DNA from: an uncultured Spirochaetota bacterium
GTDB lineage: Bacteria; Spirochaetota; Brevinematia; Brevinematales; JAOACQ01
Assembly (NCBI GenBank): GCA_963835575.1
Contig: CAWIGG010000002.1
Coordinates: forward strand, 96,001 to 160,000
DNA: 64,000 nucleotides
Direction: 5' to 3'
How positions within the stretch are numbered: position 1 is the first letter of the stretch; each line of letters begins with the position of its first letter. Below the pieces are notes generated by a model, which ran no database searches, was not told the DNA's origin, and saw only the letters and a list, made by a program, of their open reading frames with translations. The translations under genes were made by a program, and so were the position numbers. Shown piece by piece: positions 59,017 through 64,000 of the stretch.

Positions 59017-60399
59017 TTAATAATTAGAAACGATGTTGCCGCCCGCGAACGCGCTTCCCGAATAGGAGCTGTCATTAACGGCGGCAATGGAAACCGTACT
59101 GCCTTTTTTAGAGTCATAATAAAGGTAAGCCAATTTATTGGTAAAGAATACGTTGTCCTTTATGGTCTGGCCTGTAATATCGAAGAGATAATATTCGTAA
59201 ATCGCGCAGCCGGAACCGTCCCCGCCGATATAGTTGCTGACGATCTGGACATTATTTGCTTCCTCCATGTATATAGCATTGGTTTCATGGTTATTGATGA
59301 TCGTAGTGCCGGTTATCAATATGCTTTTAGTTTGAAAGAGATCAATTACGCCTTCTCCATTCAACTCTGATGCTGTATTATCAAAAATCAATGCGGTAAT
59401 GACATTCCCGTCGCCGTACCAGTCGCTTATTCCGCTGATATATTTTACCGTATTGCTGAAAATGCTTCCTGTAACGGCAACATTCTTGCAGTACTGCAGA
59501 TGCAATGTATAGCCTGACGCGGCCGAAAAATTGTCGTATATATCCGCTTTTAAGGAAATATTATAGCCGTTGAAAACCTCCGCTCCAACTCCCTCGTTCC
59601 AGCTGCCTGTTATCGAATTGCCGGAAATAGACCCGGATATTACGGCGTTTGAGACCTCAGCCAGAAATAATCCGCCGCCGCAGCCGGTTGAGCAGTTATC
59701 TCTGACGGTCCCGTCAAAAATGAGATTATAACAGTCCATAATGAATATTCCGCCTCCGTACGCGAGTGAATAATTGCTCATAACGGCTATATTCGACAGG
59801 CTCAAATTAATCACATTATTGACATACAACCCGCCTCCATAACCGGTGCCGAATCCGGTATACACCCCATTGGTCCCGCCTTTGATGACAAAGCCTTCAA
59901 TCGCGATGTTTTTCGAGTCCCGGATGCAGACGATATTGGACAATACCTGCATGCCGTCCAGAACGCTCGCGCTTCCGCGGCTTGAATAATCCGTGTTCCA
60001 GCCCCCGCAGAGGTACAGGGCCGGGGATTTGTCGATCAGGAGGCCGCTGCCGTTTATGTTGGTCAGTCCGGAATTGACTGTATATGTTCCAGCCTGAACG
60101 AAGACATTTGTATAATGGGACGCTTTCGCGATCTCCAGCGCCCTCTGGATTGTCAGGACCGGCGCGGCAAGCGTGCCGTCTGCGGTGTCGAGGCCCGAGG
60201 GGGAAACATACACAGGCCCTTCGGAATACAGGCTGGTTAACGAGGATGATGAGCCGGAAGAACCCGTCGAACTCGCCGCGGACACTGCTGAAGACGCCGC
60301 GCCGCTGGAATTTCCTTCCGCCGCCGGGGATACGGAACATCCCTGATAAAAGGCTGTTATTGTAATAATTGAGCAGAAAATTAAAATGGATTTTTTCAT
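59017..60399 (-). CDS. Right-handed beta-helix lipoprotein (divergent)
   Basis: GC-SVSPA; VYVSPSGLDTADGTLAAPVLTIQRALE; GGGLY repeats; ...GNIVSNY end. Confidence 0.85.
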   Translation of the reverse strand: MKKSILIFCSIITITAFYQGCSVSPAAEGNSSGAASSAVSAASSTGSSGSSSSLTSLYSEGPVYVSPSGLDTADGTLAAPVLTIQRALEIAKASHYTNVFVQAGTYTVNSGLTNINGSGLLIDKSPALYLCGGWNTDYSSRGSASVLDGMQVLSNIVCIRDSKNIAIEGFVIKGGTNGVYTGFGTGYGGGLYVNNVINLSLSNIAVMSNYSLAYGGGIFIMDCYNLIFDGTVRDNCSTGCGGGLFLAEVSNAVISGSISGNSITGSWNEGVGAEVFNGYNISLKADIYDNFSAASGYTLHLQYCKNVAVTGSIFSNTVKYISGISDWYGDGNVITALIFDNTASELNGEGVIDLFQTKSILITGTTIINNHETNAIYMEEANNVQIVSNYIGGDGSGCAIYEYYLFDITGQTIKDNVFFTNKLAYLYYDSKKGSTVSIAAVNDSSYSGSAFAGGNIVSNY

Positions 60400-60430
60400 C
60401 GGTTCGGACCTCCTATGGGCCGTATAAATT

Positions 60431-61489
60431 TTATTTTATGACCGCTATGGAATAGGCGCGCGTGTCGTTCGTTCCTTCGCCGGTGAGGTCTGTCCGGCTT
60501 GTCCCCGTCCAGTAGCAGGCCGTGATATTGGAACCGGTATTATAGTATCCTGCGGTATAAACCGTGCCGTCCAGAACGGCTATCGCATAGGCGATGGCGT
60601 TGCTGCCCGGCAGGTCCGTTTTAACGGTCCCGGTCCAATAGCATGCGACGCTGACCGTACCGATTAAGTAGCATCCCGCGGTGTAGACCGTCCCTCCGGA
60701 CAGCGTCAAGGCATACGCGTAAGTATTATAACCTGTAATCAGGTCGGTTTTGTTTGTTCCGGCCCAGTAACATGCCCGGTAATCCGGGTATATGCCGTAA
60801 GTCCCGGCGGTATAATTGGTGCCGTTTAAAACGGCTATCCCGTAACCCCATGCGTCATTTGTGCCGGTGCCGGGCAGGTCTGTCCTGTTGGTACCGGTCC
60901 AAGTGCAGGCGATCCTGTTGGACGGGCAATAGCTTCCGGCCGTATAGACCGTTCCGTTCAATACCGTTATTGACCGGGCCAGGGCCGAATGCGTTCCGTC
61001 TCCCGGCAGGTTTGTCAGGTTTGGGCCTTCCCAGGCGCCGGCGTTATATGTGGAGCCGGCATAGTATTCGCCGGCCGTATAAATAATTCCTTCCGACAGG
61101 GCTATGGAATAGACCCGGCTGTCAGAGCCGGGATTCAAATCCGCTTCGTTCGTGTTTGACCAGAAACAGGCGACGTCAAACGAACTATTCCAATAATATC
61201 CGCTCGTGTAGACCGTTCCGCCGGAAACGGCTATGGAATTGGCCTGGGAATAAGTGAAGCCGGGAATTTTTGTGATATTTGTGCCAGTCCAGTAGCAGGC
61301 TTTCGCACTGCCGGCTCCGTTTACGTAATAGCCGACGGTGTAGACTGTTGCCCCCTGAGCGCCTCCTCCGTTGTTGCTGCCGCCGCTTCCGCCGCCTCCC
61401 GGCTGGATCGTACAGGTGATCAATAAAGCTGTCATCATTACTAAACTTGCAAAGAAAACCGAAAAGATATATTTTTTGATCCTGTTCAT
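60431..61489 (-). CDS. Lipoprotein with seven ~44-aa repeats (probable beta-propeller)
   Basis: TC-TIQPG; repeat AxSIAVxxGTVYTAGxY...ACYWTGTNxTDLPG. Confidence 0.85.
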   Translation of the reverse strand: MNRIKKYIFSVFFASLVMMTALLITCTIQPGGGGSGGSNNGGGAQGATVYTVGYYVNGAGSAKACYWTGTNITKIPGFTYSQANSIAVSGGTVYTSGYYWNSSFDVACFWSNTNEADLNPGSDSRVYSIALSEGIIYTAGEYYAGSTYNAGAWEGPNLTNLPGDGTHSALARSITVLNGTVYTAGSYCPSNRIACTWTGTNRTDLPGTGTNDAWGYGIAVLNGTNYTAGTYGIYPDYRACYWAGTNKTDLITGYNTYAYALTLSGGTVYTAGCYLIGTVSVACYWTGTVKTDLPGSNAIAYAIAVLDGTVYTAGYYNTGSNITACYWTGTSRTDLTGEGTNDTRAYSIAVIK

Positions 61490-61528
61490 AATTTATTCTC
61501 CTCATTTATTCCAGTTTTATAGATAATG

Positions 61529-63169
61529 TCATTCATTCGAAACGCTGTTGCCGTAGGTTGTAAAGGCGTCATGCCTGGGATCGTTTGGGGTGTTCAGCAC
61601 GCCGATTTCCGTCAGGCCGATATCGCCGTCAGCGAAGTCGTGGTAGAGATAATCCAGGGTATTTGTGAGGAATATATTATTGGCGATGGTCTGTCCGGAG
61701 ACGTCTTTCTTATATTCATATATTCCGTATCCTGTGCCCTGCCCGCCGATTGTGCTGTCGATGATCAGGTTGGGGAAATTGGTTTCCATGCAGATCACGC
61801 CTCCCGCCCCGCTGTTATAAAAGAGAAAAGCATTGGTGATGAGATTAAGCCTGGAAAATTCCTGCAGGTAAATGGCGCCTCCCCATTGCGCGGTATTGCT
61901 GACTATCCTGCCTGTTATGGTATTGCTGACGCAGGACCGGATGAGAATACCGCCGCCGATAGACGCGGCCGTGTTCCCGGTTATGTTCCCGCTGATAAGG
62001 CAGTTGGAACTAAATTCGATCTGGATGCCCCCTCCGTAATTGGCGGTATTGCCGGTTATATTCCCGCTGATAATATTGGAAATCATGAACTGACCGGAAA
62101 AAGCGAAATCGATCCCGCCTCCCACTGAAGAGGCCGAATTGAGAGTGATATTCCCTGTGACCGTGTTGAAGGAGCATCTTCCCTCAAACTCAACCCCTCC
62201 GCCGGCTAGTGCGGAATTGCTTGAAACAAGGGCGCTCATAATATTGAACGAGCTGTTCCAGAAATAGATCCCGCCGCCATATAGATCGCAGGAATTGGAC
62301 ATAATACAGCCGCCGACTGTATTGGAAACGCCTCCTATCGAGCCACCGCCGCCGTTCGCGCCTGAGGTGTTCCAGCAGATAAAGGCATTAATGTTATTGA
62401 ATGAGCCCGATACTGAAACTCCGCCTCCATTTTGTAAGCCTGCGTGATTACTGCAGATGACCCCTTCTATGGTATTGCTTGTCCCATATACTATAATTCC
62501 TGTACCAGGGTTTCCGGTTACGGTCAGATCGAATGTGTTTTCCCGGCCGCTGATATCCGCAATCCCGCCGCCGGAATTATTGCTGACGACGGTATTGGAC
62601 AGCGTACAGTGCGAGCAGTTTGTCATAACAATTCCCCCTCCGTAATTGTCGGGAGAGGCAGAGTTTGTCGCGCTGCCGTTCCTGATGACAAATCCGTCGA
62701 TGAGGATATGAGATGAATTAAGGATGAAGATGATGTGATAGAGTAGTTTATTTCCGTCAAGTTCGCTGTATCCGGAGCGGGATGTAAAATCCGCGTCCCA
62801 GCCGCCGAGGAGACGGATGTTATTCTTGTTGATGATGACGGCGCCTGTCCCCGTCTCCGGGATATTCAGGCCGTTTCCGTTCGTATAAACGCCTAGCGCT
62901 ACGTTAATTGAAGCCCCGTCCGAAGCCATGTCGAGAGCCTTCTGAAGGTTCAGGAAAGGCTCCGTCTTATTCGTGCCGCTGTTCGTGTCGCTGCCGTTCG
63001 AGGCGACATAAACAACGCTCAATGTGCCGGGATTGCTGGAAGAAACGCCCGTGGAACTTGTATTACCTCCGCCGTTCCCGCCGCCCGGCTGGAGCGTGCA
63101 GGAATAAGTTACAAAGAAAAATGCCGTTAAAATGAGTATTAGGATAATCAACTGTTTCTGATAATTCAT
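61529..63169 (-). CDS. Right-handed beta-helix lipoprotein
   Basis: SC-TLQPG; VYVASNGSD...LQKALD; GGGI repeats; ...GNSVSNE end. Confidence 0.85.
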   Translation of the reverse strand: MNYQKQLIILILILTAFFFVTYSCTLQPGGGNGGGNTSSTGVSSSNPGTLSVVYVASNGSDTNSGTNKTEPFLNLQKALDMASDGASINVALGVYTNGNGLNIPETGTGAVIINKNNIRLLGGWDADFTSRSGYSELDGNKLLYHIIFILNSSHILIDGFVIRNGSATNSASPDNYGGGIVMTNCSHCTLSNTVVSNNSGGGIADISGRENTFDLTVTGNPGTGIIVYGTSNTIEGVICSNHAGLQNGGGVSVSGSFNNINAFICWNTSGANGGGGSIGGVSNTVGGCIMSNSCDLYGGGIYFWNSSFNIMSALVSSNSALAGGGVEFEGRCSFNTVTGNITLNSASSVGGGIDFAFSGQFMISNIISGNITGNTANYGGGIQIEFSSNCLISGNITGNTAASIGGGILIRSCVSNTITGRIVSNTAQWGGAIYLQEFSRLNLITNAFLFYNSGAGGVICMETNFPNLIIDSTIGGQGTGYGIYEYKKDVSGQTIANNIFLTNTLDYLYHDFADGDIGLTEIGVLNTPNDPRHDAFTTYGNSVSNE

Positions 63170-63253
63170 GATTTATTTCTCCTTAATATATCTAAGATAT
63201 TTGGGCAATGATAATAAATAAACACAGAAATGTTTCAAATCAGTTCGCTATCT

Positions 63254-63286
63254 TATATATAATACGTTTAGACATATTCGATTTTG
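63254..63286 (-). promoter_or_regulatory. Conserved ECF-like promoter motif, copy 3
   Basis: CAAAATCGAATATGTCTAAACGTATTATATATA. Confidence 0.6.
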
Positions 63287-63576
63287 CTAAAATAGAAAAA
63301 TATTTTTTAATTCCGGATAATCCGCTCATGCGATGCCCAGAGCACTTCGGCTTCCTCAGTGTAAACAGTTGAATGGGTACATGACGGACATCAAGAAGAG
63401 CGGAAGTAATGAAAACCATGAATACCACTAATGAATACAAATAGCATTTGATTAACTTTAGAATAAAACAGAATGAAATGGAAAAGAATTACACTAATTG
63501 TTTTAATATAAATTCAGACACATTATTAGCGTGTCTTGGCGCGGTTTAGCGGAAGGTCAGTTGCCTGCCGGTTAAT

Positions 63577-64000
63577 TTATTTTTTGACTATGCCTTCATA
63601 AACCGCGAGCATCTTTTTGGCCATAATTTCCGACGTCCAGTTCTGGGCGTACTGATAGGCTTCCTCGGATTTGGCCTTGTACAGTTTTTCGTCCGTCAGG
63701 AGGAGCCTGACTTTGCCGGTGAATTCCTCAATATCTTCATTGACCATATATCCGCCGTTATCGCCGTTCATCACCTCGCGCGTCCCCATGACGCCGACTG
63801 CGACCACAGGCGTTCTGCAGAGCATCGCTTCGGTTGTGACAAGCCCCTGCGTTTCGGTTTTGGAAGCGAATGTAAAAATATCCGCGAGAGTGTAGATGGA
63901 TTTGAGCTTTTTCCGGTCGACATATCCCAGAAGGATGATGTTTTTACCGAGGTTTTCGCTTTCGATGATCTTTTCCAGCGCCTCCCTGTGAGGACCGTCG
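63577..64000 (-). CDS. GT4 glycosyltransferase, C-terminal part (truncated by the window edge)
   Basis: ADIFTFASKTETQGLVTTEAMLCRTPVVAV. Confidence 0.88.
   Translation of the reverse strand, partial: DGPHREALEKIIESENLGKNIILLGYVDRKKLKSIYTLADIFTFASKTETQGLVTTEAMLCRTPVVAVGVMGTREVMNGDNGGYMVNEDIEEFTGKVRLLLTDEKLYKAKSEEAYQYAQNWTSEIMAKKMLAVYEGIVKK

Noticed and set aside
48246..63169. Diversity-generating retroelement acting on the conserved C-terminal repeats
   Set aside because: All copies are coding gene ends, differences are mostly synonymous and not adenine-specific, and the only RT sequences are group II intron pieces

Overview
Gene-dense bacterial chromosomal window; the lipoprotein style and gene set suggest a spirochaete (Brevinematales-like, by inference only). 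The left third is accessory: the 3' end of a group II intron, collapsed hsdM and PIN-toxin remnants, fic, a WYL regulator, recQ, an intact IS1182-type element with a 4-bp target duplication, and an 878-nt class C group II mini-intron whose RT is deleted in frame. The middle carries redox enzymes, a GT2/DUF2304/flippase/GT-C glycosylation operon, murC, rlpA, hypBA, and korA-korB split by an AT-rich GxxExxY cassette with periodic inverted repeats. The right 18 kb is a minus-strand array of ten surface lipoproteins: six beta-helix paralogues, two clostripains, a beta-propeller and a subtilase. All share a C-x-x-x-P-[GA] motif after the lipid-anchor Cys, and the array is divided into three units by a conserved ECF-type promoter motif. 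Exported proteins show strong [T/S]-N dipeptide enrichment. Intergenic DNA contains several families of palindromic or periodic repeats. No rRNA, tRNA or CRISPR array was seen.
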